This document shows positions 35,489 through 46,008 of a stretch of DNA of 64,000 nucleotides, in pieces; positions within the stretch are counted from its first letter, which is position 1; every line of letters begins with the position of its first letter. Both the position numbers and the translations under genes were made by a program. Under the pieces are notes generated by a model that was not told the origin of the DNA, did not search any database, and saw only the letters and a list, made by a program, of their open reading frames with translations. Source of the stretch: Vicinamibacterales bacterium (lineage in GTDB: Bacteria > Acidobacteriota > Vicinamibacteria > Vicinamibacterales > UBA8438); assembly GCA_965261285.1 (NCBI GenBank), contig OZ253457.1, forward strand, positions 854,760 through 918,759, written 5' to 3'.

Positions 35489-36688
35489 CTACGGCGCGGA
35501 CTCCGGCTCCGGGCCGCCGGCGAGGTGCTCGATCGCCCGCTCGAGCACGGGGTCGCCCGGGTCCTCGTCGGGCGTCGCCGGCGACGCCGGATCGAGCTCG
35601 ACCGCCGGGGTCTGGACCGGGACCTCGGCCGCCACCCCCTGGCGGTGGATCGGCTCGCCGGACGCGGTCAGGTAGCGCGTCGACGACAGCAGGAGGCCGC
35701 CGCCGTCGGGCAGCCGCACCAGGGTCTGCTCGGCCGCCCGGCCCGCGGTGCGGACGCCCACCGTGTCGGCCCGGCCCGCGTCGGTGAGGGCGGCCGTGAA
35801 CAGCTCCGCCGCCCCGGCCGTGCCGAAGTCGGTCAGCAGCACCACCGGCCCCGCGATGGAGGGCGGGCGGGGGCCGCGGGCGACGGGCTCCCGCTCGCTC
35901 GACGACTCGCGCATCACGAGCGGATCGGCGTCGGTGAACAGCTCCGCCGCGGCAATCCCGGTCTCGAACGACCCCGTCGCGGTGCCGCGGAGATCGATGA
36001 CGAGGCTCTCCACCCCCTGCCCGGCCAGGGTCTCGTTGGCGGCCCCGATCGCCCCCACGGTGGTGGCGTCGAACTCCGAGATGCGGAGATAGCCGACGCC
36101 CGGCGTCTCGATGCGGCTGGTGACGTTGGCGGAGCGGGCCTCGCCGCGCTCGATCTCCAGGGTGACCGGCTCGGCCGCGTTGCCGCGGATGATCTCCAGG
36201 CTGACCGTCGATCCCGGGGCCCCGCGCAGGAGCTGCCGGGCCCGGACGGTCGACATCATCCGCGTCGGGTTGCCGTCGATCTGGCGGAGATAGTCTCCGG
36301 GCCGGAGGCCGGCGAGGGCGGCGGGCGAGCCGTCCCGCGCCGCCACGACCTGGACGTAGTACTGGCGGGTCACGGTCAGGCCGACACCGGCGTCCGCGTC
36401 GTCCGGCCCGGCGTCGTGGACCCGGACCTCGTCGGCGGTCAGGTACGAGCTCTCCGGGTCGAGCCCTTCCGCCAGCCCCCACAGCGCGCCCTGCATGATG
36501 AGGTCGGCGTCGACCTGCTCGACGTAGTTGCTGGTGACCAGCGACACCACCTCTTCGAAGATCCGGAGGTGCCGGTAGGCGCCTTCCTGGGCGACCACGC
36601 GCCCCAGCACGCTGCCGACCAGCGTGTAGGCCATGATGGGCAGCGTCAGGGCGAGCACGATGAAGCGGGTGCGATCGGTCACGAGCAA
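35489..36688 (-). CDS. CtpA/S41-like PDZ protein lacking the canonical catalytic Ser/Lys
   Basis: N-terminal TM, NYVEQVD, LDPESSY, PDZ (GSPAALAGLRPGD), GYLRISEF, IDLRG; TAGAAE in place of TASASE and TAGRA in place of TFGKG. Confidence 0.85.
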   Translation of the reverse strand: MLVTDRTRFIVLALTLPIMAYTLVGSVLGRVVAQEGAYRHLRIFEEVVSLVTSNYVEQVDADLIMQGALWGLAEGLDPESSYLTADEVRVHDAGPDDADAGVGLTVTRQYYVQVVAARDGSPAALAGLRPGDYLRQIDGNPTRMMSTVRARQLLRGAPGSTVSLEIIRGNAAEPVTLEIERGEARSANVTSRIETPGVGYLRISEFDATTVGAIGAANETLAGQGVESLVIDLRGTATGSFETGIAAAELFTDADPLVMRESSSEREPVARGPRPPSIAGPVVLLTDFGTAGAAELFTAALTDAGRADTVGVRTAGRAAEQTLVRLPDGGGLLLSSTRYLTASGEPIHRQGVAAEVPVQTPAVELDPASPATPDEDPGDPVLERAIEHLAGGPEPESAP

Positions 36689-36954
36689 CCTCGATGCTGT
36701 GGCCCGCCGGGCGCGGACCCGTTGCGTCCGTATCCCGCAATTCTACCGAATCCGCCGGCGGATTCGACGATCGAAGTGGGGATCGGCCCGCGGGCCGGTC
36801 CGGCGGCCGGGTCGTCGGGCGCGGCCCGGGGGCGGCGGCCGGCCGGGGATGCTAGGCTTGAGCGGATGGACCTGCGTCGGCCGGGGAGCCCGCGGCGGGA
36901 GTCCCGGCCGCTTTCGACCGCCGAATGCACTCCGGGCTCGTGGGGGCCCGCGGC

Positions 36955-37443
36955 GTGAAAGCGGTGGGGTTGGACCTCGGACGGCGGCGGATGGGGATCG
37001 CGGTCAGCGACCCGACGGGCACGCTCGCGACCCCGTGGCGGACGGTGAACGGGGCGGGATCGCCCGACTCGGTCGCGGACCGGGTCGCGGCGCTGCTCGC
37101 GGAGCTGGCCGAGGGCGACGCCCCGGTCGCGCGAGTCGTCGTCGGGCGGCCGTCTCATCTCGACGGCCGGCCTCACGACGACGACGCCCGGGTGACCGCG
37201 GTCGCGCGGGCCATCGGGCAGCGCACCGGCCTGCCGGTCGCCCTGCAGGACGAGCGGCTCACGAGCGTCGAGGCCGAGCAGCGGCTCGCCCTGCGCGAGC
37301 GCGACTGGCGCCGCCGCAAGGCGCGGCTCGACGCGGCCGCCGCCGCCGTCATCCTGCAGGACCATCTCGACCAGGGTCATCTCGACCGGGGCCGTCTCGA
37401 CCAGGACCATTTCGACGCCGGGGCCGGGCGGGAAGGAACATGA
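36955..37443 (+). CDS. ruvX: Holliday junction resolvase-like / pre-16S rRNA nuclease YqgF (RuvX)
   Basis: VGLDLGRRRMGIAVSDP, VVVGRP, DERLTS, LDAAAAAVILQ. Confidence 0.93.
   Translation: MKAVGLDLGRRRMGIAVSDPTGTLATPWRTVNGAGSPDSVADRVAALLAELAEGDAPVARVVVGRPSHLDGRPHDDDARVTAVARAIGQRTGLPVALQDERLTSVEAEQRLALRERDWRRRKARLDAAAAAVILQDHLDQGHLDRGRLDQDHFDAGAGREGT
37360..37419. repeat. 15-bp coding repeat x4 at the ruvX 3' end
   Basis: g[a/g][c/t]c[a/g]t[c/t]tcgac.. units encoding DHLDQ GHLDR GRLDQ DHFDA. Confidence 0.8.
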
Positions 37444-38471
37444 AGAAGCTGCTGGCGTCGGCCGTCATCGTCGTGCTGCTCGCGGGGGGACTGGCGGCGT
37501 ACGGCGCGAAGCGTCTTTACGACCGCGCGGACGAGCCCTACCGAGGCTACGAAGGCGACGAGGTCTTCGTCGACATCCCGCCCGGAATCTCGACGCCGGG
37601 CATCGGCCGCCGGCTCGCGGCCGCGGGCGTCGTCCGCGACGAGACGACGTTCCGCCTCGCGCTGTGGCGCAGCGGACGGGACCGCGGGCTGCAGGCGGGG
37701 GAGTACCGGTTCGCGGCGCCGCTTTCCGCGCTGGCCGTGGTCGAGACCATCGCGGACGGGCGGGTGCACCTGCTGCCCATCACCTTCCCCGAGGGGCTCA
37801 CCCGGCGCGAGATGGCCGAGCGGTACGAGCGGTCCGGGTTCGGGTCGGCCGAGGCGTTCCTGGCCGCGAGCGCGCGGGTCGAGCTGGTCGCCGACCTCGA
37901 CCCCGAGGCGGCCGACCTCGAGGGGTACCTGTTCCCCGAGACCTACGCGCTGCCGCGCGGGGCCACCGCCGACGACCTCGTCGAAGCGATGGTCGCGCAG
38001 TTCCGGCGGACGTTCGACGACGACCTGCAGGCGCGGGCGGCGGCGCGCGGCCTCGGCGTTCGCGAGGCGGTGACGCTGGCGTCGCTCATCCGGCGCGAGA
38101 CGGGGCTCGACGAGGAGCGGCCCGTGGTCTCCGCCGTCTTCAACAACCGGCTCGACCGGCGCATGCTGCTGCAGTGCGATCCCACCGTCATCTACGCCCT
38201 GGAGCTCGCGGGGCTCTACGACGGGAACCTCACCCGCGAGAGCCTCCGGTTCGACTCGCCGTACAACACCTACGTCCATCCCGGGCTGCCGCCGGGCCCC
38301 ATCGGCGCGCCGAACGGGGACGACCTGCGGGCCGCCGTCGCGCCGGCGGACGTGTCCCACCTCTACTTCGTCAGCCGCAACGACGGGTCGCACGTGTTCG
38401 CCGACACGTTGCGCGAGCACAACCGCAACGTCCGCGAGTATCAGATCGAGTACTTCCGGCGCCGCCGCTGA
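37440..38471 (+). CDS. mltG: endolytic transglycosylase MltG
   Basis: LQAGEY, TFPEGLT, LEGYLFPETY, LASLIRRETG, NRL...LQCDPTVIY, SPYNTY..PGLPPGPI. Confidence 0.96.
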   Translation: MKKLLASAVIVVLLAGGLAAYGAKRLYDRADEPYRGYEGDEVFVDIPPGISTPGIGRRLAAAGVVRDETTFRLALWRSGRDRGLQAGEYRFAAPLSALAVVETIADGRVHLLPITFPEGLTRREMAERYERSGFGSAEAFLAASARVELVADLDPEAADLEGYLFPETYALPRGATADDLVEAMVAQFRRTFDDDLQARAAARGLGVREAVTLASLIRRETGLDEERPVVSAVFNNRLDRRMLLQCDPTVIYALELAGLYDGNLTRESLRFDSPYNTYVHPGLPPGPIGAPNGDDLRAAVAPADVSHLYFVSRNDGSHVFADTLREHNRNVREYQIEYFRRRR

Positions 38472-38495
38472 CCGCCCGCCGCCGCGGGGCCGCCC

Positions 38496-40472
38496 ATGCA
38501 CGATCTCGCCGTCCTCCGGAACCTGGCCCTGATAGTCGGCTTCGCGATTCCCGTCGCCGCTCTCGCCCACCGCCTGCGGGTGCCGACTCTGGTCGGGTTC
38601 CTGCTGGTGGGCGTCGCCATCGGCCCCCACGGCGCCGCCCTCGTCCCCGATCCGGACGCGGTGGCGGCGCTGGCCGAGATCGGCGTGGTGCTGCTGCTGT
38701 TCGAGATCGGGCTCGAGCTGTCGCTGTCGCAGGTCCTCGGCTGGGGCCTGTCCGTTCTCGTGGCGGGCGCCCTCCAGGTGTCGGGCGTCATGGCCCTCGC
38801 GGCGGTGGCCGGGCCCGTCTTCGGCCTCCCCGTGGGCCAGAGCCTGTTCTACGGCGCGCTGGCCGCGCTGTCGTCCACCGCCATCGTCAGCCGGACCCTC
38901 GCCGACCGGGGAGAGCTCGACGCCCCGCACGGCCGCGAGTCGATGGCCATCCTGCTGTTCCAGGACCTCGCCATCGTGCCCCTCATGCTCGTGGTGCCGT
39001 TGTTCGGGACCGACGCCGCGAGTCCCGACGGCGCCGGGGAGACCGGCGGGCTCTGGCCGCGGCTCGGGCTGGGGCTCGCCGCGATGGTCGCGCTCGTCGC
39101 GGGCGGGCGGCTGGTGGTGCGCTGGACGCTGGACCGCATCGTCGAGACCCGCGACCGCGACCTGTTCACCCTGTGCGTCGGCTTCTTCGCGATGGGGACG
39201 GCGCTGGCGGCGTCGACGGCGGGGTTCTCGCTCGCGGTGGGCGCGTTCCTGGCCGGGCTGGTCATCTCCGAGTCCGAGTACGGCCTGCAGGCGCTCGACG
39301 ACGTGATGCCGTTCCGCGCCCTGTTCAGCGGGGTTTTCTTCACCTCGATCGGCATGCTGCTCGACCTGACGGTGGTCGGGGCGCAACTGCCGCTGCTGCT
39401 GGGCGGGACGGTGCTGGTGCTGGCGGTGAAGGCGGCGGTGGTGGCGGGGGCGGTGACGGTGCGGGGGCGGCGGCTCGACACCGCGCTCGCGACGGGGCTG
39501 AGCCTGGCCCAGATCGGCGAGTTCTCGTTCGTGCTCGCGGCGGCCGGGCTCCCCCTGGGGCTGTTCGGGGCCGGTCACTACGAGGTGTTCCTCGCCGTCG
39601 CCGCCCTGTCCATGCTCGTCGCGCCGTTCCTGGTGACGGTCTCCCGGTCGTGGGCGGTCCGGCTCGGCCCGGGGCCGCGCGGCGGGCTCGACGCCGACGA
39701 GCCGGCCCCGGCGCCGGCGGACCACGCCGTCGTCGTCGGCTACGGGCTCGCCGGGCGCTACCTGGCGCGCATGCTGCAGGCGGCCGGCATCGAGTGCGTC
39801 GTCGTCGACCAGAACGCGGAGCTCGTGGAGGCGGCGCGCCGCGACGGCTTCACGGCGCTGTACGGCGACGGCGCCGGCCACCCGGTGCTGGAACGGGCCG
39901 GCGGGGCCGGGGCCCGGCTCGTCGTCTTCGCCATCTCGTCCCGGTTCGACGAGCGGCGGGGGGTGGCGATGGCCCGCCGCGCGGCGCCGGGGGCCGCGAT
40001 CGTCGTTCGGACGCGCTACGTCGGGGCCATCGACGAGCTGATGCAGTTGGGCGCCACCGAGGTCGTCGTCGAGGAGTTCGAAGCCTCGCTCGAGCTGTTC
40101 GCGCGGGCCCTCGAGCGCTACGAGATTCCCGCCGCCCGCATCGCCCACGAGCTCGACGCGGTGCGCAGCGAGCACTACGGGCTGCTGCGGGGGCGCGCCC
40201 AACCCAACCTGCACCTCGACACGCTGAAGCACCTGGGCATCCACAACGCCCTCGAGCTGGCGGAGGTCGAGGCGGGTGCGCCGGCGGTGGGGAAGAACGC
40301 CACCGCGCTCGATCTGCGGCGAGCCACCGGCGCCGTGCAGATCGCGGTGATCCGGGACGGCCGGCCGCACTACCAGCGCGAGGCCGACTTCGCCTACCGG
40401 CCGGGGGACACCGCGGTGCTGGTGGGCGGTCGCGACGCCCTCGACCGCGCGGCGGCGCTGTTCAGGGGGTGA
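38496..40472 (+). CDS. CPA2 cation:proton antiporter with TrkA-N/TrkA-C (KefC/YbaL-like)
   Basis: AEIGVVLLLFEIGLE, LSSTAIV, LLFQDL, GAFLAG, LAQIGEFSFVL, RCK domain VVVGYG. Confidence 0.94.
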   Translation: MHDLAVLRNLALIVGFAIPVAALAHRLRVPTLVGFLLVGVAIGPHGAALVPDPDAVAALAEIGVVLLLFEIGLELSLSQVLGWGLSVLVAGALQVSGVMALAAVAGPVFGLPVGQSLFYGALAALSSTAIVSRTLADRGELDAPHGRESMAILLFQDLAIVPLMLVVPLFGTDAASPDGAGETGGLWPRLGLGLAAMVALVAGGRLVVRWTLDRIVETRDRDLFTLCVGFFAMGTALAASTAGFSLAVGAFLAGLVISESEYGLQALDDVMPFRALFSGVFFTSIGMLLDLTVVGAQLPLLLGGTVLVLAVKAAVVAGAVTVRGRRLDTALATGLSLAQIGEFSFVLAAAGLPLGLFGAGHYEVFLAVAALSMLVAPFLVTVSRSWAVRLGPGPRGGLDADEPAPAPADHAVVVGYGLAGRYLARMLQAAGIECVVVDQNAELVEAARRDGFTALYGDGAGHPVLERAGGAGARLVVFAISSRFDERRGVAMARRAAPGAAIVVRTRYVGAIDELMQLGATEVVVEEFEASLELFARALERYEIPAARIAHELDAVRSEHYGLLRGRAQPNLHLDTLKHLGIHNALELAEVEAGAPAVGKNATALDLRRATGAVQIAVIRDGRPHYQREADFAYRPGDTAVLVGGRDALDRAAALFRG

Positions 40473-40716
40473 CGCCCCGATCCGGCCACGCCGGCCAGCC
40501 GTCCACCTCCGTGTAGAACAACGCAGTCGCATCCTGGTCGGCGGCCGCGTTCCCCCGAATGGCGTCGCCCGCCGGTCCGGGCAGGCGGCCGGCCTGCGAC
40601 AGCAGCAGGGCCAGTGCGGCGAGCGCCAGCACGCCGGCGGCGAGCCGTGCAGGCCGTCCCCGGAGATCGTGGATTCCCGCCGCGGCGGGCGTTCGGCCGC
40701 CTTTGCCCCGCATCAT
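40462..40716 (-). CDS. small membrane hypothetical protein coupled to the YeiH-family gene
   Basis: ATG overlaps the upstream TGA; one TM helix; NAAADQDATALFYTE motif. Confidence 0.55.
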   Translation of the reverse strand: MMRGKGGRTPAAAGIHDLRGRPARLAAGVLALAALALLLSQAGRLPGPAGDAIRGNAAADQDATALFYTEVDGWPAWPDRGVTP

Positions 40717-42104
40717 GACACCGGATCGAAGAGGACCCCGCCGAACGCGAGCCAGGCCGCGATCAGGGTCAGCACCAGGTTGAACGCCTGGCCCACGACG
40801 TAGAGCTGGATCGGCCGCCCGCCGGCCACCTGGCCGGCGAGGGCGCGGAAGTTCGAATCGAGCCCGATGCTGGCGAACGCGAGGCAGAAGAGCCAGCCGC
40901 GGAGGTCGGACGTGAGGTCGATGATGCCGGCGACCGCGTCGTCCCCGAGGGCCGGCGTGAGCACGAACGAGAACAGGAGCGACGCCCCCAGGAAGCCGAG
41001 GATGAACTTGGGGAGGCGGTTCCAGATCTCGACCGCGGGGGGGCGGGTCGACGTGCCCGGCGCGTCGACCCGGGTGACCCAGTATACGGCGACGAGGAAC
41101 GCCACGACGCCGATCAGGATGTTCTGGATCATCTTGACGACGGCGGCCACCTGACCCGCTTCTTCCCCGAGCATGGCCCCCGCCGCCACCACCGCCCCGG
41201 TGGCGTCGACGGTGCCGCCGATCCACGCCCCGCCGACGATCGGGTCCATGCCGACGGCGCGGATGACGAGAGGCATGACGATCATCATGAGGACGGTGAA
41301 GATCAGGGTCATGCTGACCGCGAGGGTCAGCTCGTCCTTCTTCGCCCGGGCCGCCGCGGCCGTCGCGATGGCCGCCGACACGCCGCACACCGACGTGGCG
41401 GCGGCGATGACGATGACCAGCGACGGGCTCGCCATCTTCAGCACCCGCGTGCCGAAGCGGTACATGAAGAGGATGACGACCGGGGTGACGAGCCAGGCCA
41501 CGACGAGCCCCGGCGGGCCCAGGGTCAGGATGCGGTTGAACAGGATCTCCGCCCCGAGGAGCACGAGCCCCGTCTTGATGTACAGCTCGCTGCGCACGGC
41601 GGGCTTCAGCCATCCGGGGACCCCGGCGGTGTTCGAGATGACGAGCCCCAGCGCGAGGGCCCAGAAGGCGTAGCCCACCCCCGCCGCCCGGATGCCGGTC
41701 TGGTTGGCGAGGGCGTAGGCGAGGACGGCGAGCCCGAACAGCCCGAAGAACCCGGCCTGGTGCTGGACGAGCCGGCCCCCCATCGCCTGCGCGGCCAGCC
41801 CGGTGGCGAGGGCGAGCCCCAGGCCCAGCATGGCCAGCCCCGCCACCCGGCCGTCGAAGGCGGCCACGGGGTTGGCGGTCCAGCGGCCGACGCCGGCGAC
41901 CCCGGTCAGGAGGCCGAGGGCGGCGACGGCGATGAGGAGTCCCCCGAGCCACACGGCCCACCAGTCTTCCGAGGTCAGGAGCCCGCGCCGGGGACCGGCG
42001 CCGTCATCGGCGGCCGCGGTCGGCCGCGGCGCGGGGCCGTCGGGTGCAGGTGGGCGGGCCGGGGGCGCGGACCGGCCCTGGGCCGGCGAGACGTCTTCAG
42101 GCAT
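40713..42104 (-). CDS. YeiH/UPF0324 putative sulfate exporter family membrane protein
   Basis: SEDWWAVWLG, IKTGLVLLGAE, SVCGVSAAIA, WIGGTVDATGAV, KMIQNILIG, PKFILGF. Confidence 0.9.
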   Translation of the reverse strand: MPEDVSPAQGRSAPPARPPAPDGPAPRPTAAADDGAGPRRGLLTSEDWWAVWLGGLLIAVAALGLLTGVAGVGRWTANPVAAFDGRVAGLAMLGLGLALATGLAAQAMGGRLVQHQAGFFGLFGLAVLAYALANQTGIRAAGVGYAFWALALGLVISNTAGVPGWLKPAVRSELYIKTGLVLLGAEILFNRILTLGPPGLVVAWLVTPVVILFMYRFGTRVLKMASPSLVIVIAAATSVCGVSAAIATAAAARAKKDELTLAVSMTLIFTVLMMIVMPLVIRAVGMDPIVGGAWIGGTVDATGAVVAAGAMLGEEAGQVAAVVKMIQNILIGVVAFLVAVYWVTRVDAPGTSTRPPAVEIWNRLPKFILGFLGASLLFSFVLTPALGDDAVAGIIDLTSDLRGWLFCLAFASIGLDSNFRALAGQVAGGRPIQLYVVGQAFNLVLTLIAAWLAFGGVLFDPVS

Positions 42105-42382
42105 TGGACTCGATGGCAGAGTGGTTCACGAAGCGTCGGGACTGGACGGCGCCGGGACCGACCGGCGCAAGGATTATAATGCGTCGCAGCTCGTCGCCGA
42201 CGCCCCTGTCCGAACGGGCGCACGACAGGGAGAGCGAGGCGACTTCGTTCGCGGACTTCGGCCCGAGGGCCCGTCGGCCGGGTGACCGTTCGATGACGTC
42301 CGGCGCGGCAGGAACGCCGGCCTCGGGCCCGGTCCTCGCGACTCCGGCGTGCACCCCGTCCGAACCGAGGAGGCTTCCCGCC

Positions 42383-44839
42383 ATGACCCGCAGCACCCGA
42401 GTCCGGACGGCCGCGCTGGCCGCCCTGACGTTGAGCCTGACGAACCACGGCCCCGCGGTCGAGGCGCAGTCCGAGCGCCTGGAGATCGCCGGCCTGCAGG
42501 CGCCGGTGGAGATCGTCACCGACCGCTGGGGCATCAACCACATCTACGCCGGGAACGAGGCGGACCTCTTCTTCGCCCAGGGCTACGCGGCCGCCCGCGA
42601 CCGACTGTTCCAGTTCGAGATGTGGCGGCGGCAGGCGACGGGCACGGTGGCCGAGATTCTCGGGCCGCGCGAGCTCGAGCGCGACATCGGGGCGCGGCTG
42701 CACCGGTTCCGCGGCGACCTGACCACCGAGATGAGCCACTACCACGACCGGGGCGACCAGATCATCCCGGCCTTCGTGAGGGGCATCAACGCGTACGTCG
42801 ACCGGGTCAACGCCGATCCGTCGCTGCTGCCCGTCGAGTTCGAGCTGCTGGGGATCACGCCCGGCCACTGGACCCCCGAGATCGTCGTCTCGCGCCATCA
42901 GGGGCTGGTGGCGAACGTCACCGCCGAGATCCGCAACGCGCGCGCGGTCGCCCTGCTGGGCGCCGACGCCGTCAAGGAGCTGAACTACTACTACGGCGAC
43001 CCCGACCTGACCATCGATCCGGCGATAGATGCGTCGCTGCTGCACGACGGCATCCTCGACCTGTACCGCGCGCACCGGCGCTCGGTGCGGTTCGAGCCCG
43101 ACGACATCGTGCAGGCGTACCGCGGCGACCGGGCCACCTACGAACGGCTCGCGGCCGCCCTGCCGAGCGAGATCGACCTCGAGCGGCAGGACTACGAGGC
43201 CATCGGCAGCAACAACTGGGTGGTCGCGGGCAGCCGCACCCTGACGGGCTTCCCCCTCATGGTCAACGACCCCCACCGCGTGCAGAGCGCGCCGTCGCTG
43301 CGCTACTGGGTGCACCTGGTGGCGCCGGGCTGGAACGTCATCGGGGGCGGCGAGCCGGTGCTGCCGGGGGTGTCCATCGGCCACAACGAGCACGGCGCGT
43401 GGGGCCTGACCGTCTTCGGGCAGGACAACGAGGACCTCTACGTCTACGACACCAACCCCGAGGACCCGAACCAGTACCGGCACCTGGGCCGCTGGGAGTC
43501 GATGACGGTCATCGAGGACCGCGTCCCCGTGAAGGGCCAGGACGCGGTGGACGTCGAGCTGAAGTACACCCGCCACGGTCCGGTGCTCTACGAGGACCGC
43601 GAGAACCACAAGGCCTACGCGCTGCGCGCGGCGTGGCTCGACTACGGCGGCGCCCCCTACCTCGCGAGCCTGCGCATGGACCAGGCCCGCACCTGGGAGG
43701 AGTTCGTCGAGGCGTGCAGCTACAGCCGCATCCCCTCCGAGAACATGATCTGGGCCGACCGCGACCGCAACATCGGCTACCAGGCGGTGGGGGTGTCCCC
43801 CATCCGGCCCTACCACAGCGGGCTCGTGCCGGTGCCGGGGGACGGCCGCTACGAGTGGGACGGCTACCTGCCGATCACGGCGCTGCCGAGCGTGCTCAAC
43901 CCCGACAAGGGGTTCTACGGTACCGCGAACAACTACACGGTGCCCGACGGCTATCCGTACTGGGAGGCGCTGCACTACACCTGGGGCGACCAGATGCGGG
44001 CGGCGCGGGTCGAGGAGATGCTGGACGTGAGCCGGCACATGACGGTGGTCGACATGATGCGCATGCAGCACGACGACCTGACCGTCGCGGGCCGCAACAT
44101 CGTCCCCCTGCTGCGCGAGCTCGAGATCGACGACCCGAAGGTGGCCGAGCTGCGCGACCGGCTGCGGGGCTGGGACTTCGTGCTCGACAAGGACTCGGTC
44201 GAGGCTGCCATCTACGTCAGCTTCGAGCGGCGCCTGCGGACGAACATGCGCGACCTCATCGTGCCCGAGGCGGCGCGCGACTACATCGGGGGCCTGAACA
44301 CCAAGCGCATCATCGACTGGCTGGCCGCCCCCGACGGCCGGTTCGGCGACGACCCGGTGGCGGGCCGCGACGCGGTGCTCGTGCGCAGCCTGTCGCAGGC
44401 CCTCGCGGATCTCGAGGAGCGGCTCGGGTCGGACCAGTCCGGGTGGCAGTACGGGCAGGCGAAGTTCAAGCACGCCCTCATCCGCCATCCCATGACCGCG
44501 GCGGTCAACCCCGACATGCGGGCCCGGCTCGACGTGGGGCCGCTGCCGCGGGGCGGCTACGGCGGCACCGTGCACAACACCGGCAACGGCGACAACCAGA
44601 CCTCGGGGGCGTCGTTCATGATCGTCGCCGACACCGCGAACTGGGACAACTCGGTGGGGCTGAACACTCCCGGCCAGTCCGGCGACCCCGACAACCCGCA
44701 CTACCGCGACCTGTTCGAGCTGTGGGCGCGCAACCGGTACTTCCCGATCTTCTACAGCCGCGCCAAGGTCGATTCGGTCACCGAGAGCGTGACGATGCTG
44801 CATCCGGCGGCGGCGACAGAGGGCGGTGGGCAGCCGTAG
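42383..44839 (+). CDS. penicillin acylase family Ntn-hydrolase, secreted
   Basis: Signal peptide; DRWGINHIYA, FAQGYAAARDRLFQ; beta-chain nucleophile G-SNNW; NDPH; PGQSG. Confidence 0.96.
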   Translation: MTRSTRVRTAALAALTLSLTNHGPAVEAQSERLEIAGLQAPVEIVTDRWGINHIYAGNEADLFFAQGYAAARDRLFQFEMWRRQATGTVAEILGPRELERDIGARLHRFRGDLTTEMSHYHDRGDQIIPAFVRGINAYVDRVNADPSLLPVEFELLGITPGHWTPEIVVSRHQGLVANVTAEIRNARAVALLGADAVKELNYYYGDPDLTIDPAIDASLLHDGILDLYRAHRRSVRFEPDDIVQAYRGDRATYERLAAALPSEIDLERQDYEAIGSNNWVVAGSRTLTGFPLMVNDPHRVQSAPSLRYWVHLVAPGWNVIGGGEPVLPGVSIGHNEHGAWGLTVFGQDNEDLYVYDTNPEDPNQYRHLGRWESMTVIEDRVPVKGQDAVDVELKYTRHGPVLYEDRENHKAYALRAAWLDYGGAPYLASLRMDQARTWEEFVEACSYSRIPSENMIWADRDRNIGYQAVGVSPIRPYHSGLVPVPGDGRYEWDGYLPITALPSVLNPDKGFYGTANNYTVPDGYPYWEALHYTWGDQMRAARVEEMLDVSRHMTVVDMMRMQHDDLTVAGRNIVPLLRELEIDDPKVAELRDRLRGWDFVLDKDSVEAAIYVSFERRLRTNMRDLIVPEAARDYIGGLNTKRIIDWLAAPDGRFGDDPVAGRDAVLVRSLSQALADLEERLGSDQSGWQYGQAKFKHALIRHPMTAAVNPDMRARLDVGPLPRGGYGGTVHNTGNGDNQTSGASFMIVADTANWDNSVGLNTPGQSGDPDNPHYRDLFELWARNRYFPIFYSRAKVDSVTESVTMLHPAAATEGGGQP

Positions 44840-44903
44840 ACGCGACCACGTGCCTCGGCGCTCGGAGGACCCGGGCGAAGGAAGAAGGAAGAGGAAACAT
44901 CAC

Positions 44904-45848
44904 ATGAAGAGAAGCAGACTGGCGGCGGCGATCGTGGCGATGGCGGTGGCGGCGGCGCTCGGGGCGCCGGCGACGGCCGAGGCGCAGCTCGACTCGACGG
45001 CGGCGTTCGCGTCGCACCTGTCGAACACCTACCGCGTGGTGCCGAACGTCACGTACCACACCGCCAACAACCGGGACAACAAGGTCGACCTCTACCTGCC
45101 GCGCGGCGCCGACGGGCCGACCCCGGTGCTGATGTACATCCACGGCGGCGGCTGGCGGGCCGGCTCGAAGGAGGCCAGCGTGCTGCGCCTCCTGCCGTGG
45201 CTCGAGAAGGGCTGGGCGGTGGTCAACGTGCAGTACCGGCTGGCCCAGGTGTCGCTGGCCCCGGCCGCGGTCGAGGACTGCCTGTGCGCGCTGCGCTGGG
45301 TCATCCGCAACGCCGAGCAGTACAACATCGACGCCTCGCGCATCGTCGTCACCGGCAACTCCGCCGGCGGGCACCTCGCGCTGACGACGGGGATGGTCCC
45401 CGCCTCGGCCGGCCTCGACCGCGAGTGCCCGGGGGCGGAGGAGCTCTCGGTGGCCGCGATCATCAACTGGTACGGCATCACCGACGTCGGGGACCTGCTC
45501 GACGGCCCCAACATGAAGACCTACGCGGTGACCTGGCTCGGCAGCATGTCCGACCGGTTCGAGGTCGCCGAGCGCGTGTCGCCGCTGACCTACGTGCGGT
45601 CCGGGCTGCCGCCCGTACTGACCATTCACGGCGACGCTGACGGGGTGGTTCCCTACCAGCACGCGACCGAGCTGCACGCGAAGCTCGAGGCGGCGGGCAT
45701 CTCGAACGAGCTGCACACCGTGCCCGGCGGCGGGCACGGCGGGTTCGACCGCGAGGAGACGGTGGCGATCTTCGACACCATCCAGCGCTTCCTCGCCAGC
45801 CACGGCCTGACCGCGGTCGGGTCGGGGAGCACCACCGGCGGACAGTAG
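44904..45848 (+). CDS. secreted alpha/beta hydrolase (esterase/lipase)
   Basis: HGGGW oxyanion motif, GNSAGG nucleophile, IHGDAD.VVP, GGGHG. Confidence 0.94.
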   Translation: MKRSRLAAAIVAMAVAAALGAPATAEAQLDSTAAFASHLSNTYRVVPNVTYHTANNRDNKVDLYLPRGADGPTPVLMYIHGGGWRAGSKEASVLRLLPWLEKGWAVVNVQYRLAQVSLAPAAVEDCLCALRWVIRNAEQYNIDASRIVVTGNSAGGHLALTTGMVPASAGLDRECPGAEELSVAAIINWYGITDVGDLLDGPNMKTYAVTWLGSMSDRFEVAERVSPLTYVRSGLPPVLTIHGDADGVVPYQHATELHAKLEAAGISNELHTVPGGGHGGFDREETVAIFDTIQRFLASHGLTAVGSGSTTGGQ

Positions 45849-46008
45849 CAGGGACGCCGAAGAAGGACCGTCGGCGGGAGCGTCTCCCGCCGGCGGTCGG
45901 CTACCCGCCAACGCCGTTCTCCGTATGCCGGGACGTGCCGCTCGCGTCACGCCGCGGGGCCGGCCGGCCCCACGGCCGGATCGAGGGCGGTGAACGCAGG
46001 AGCTTCAG

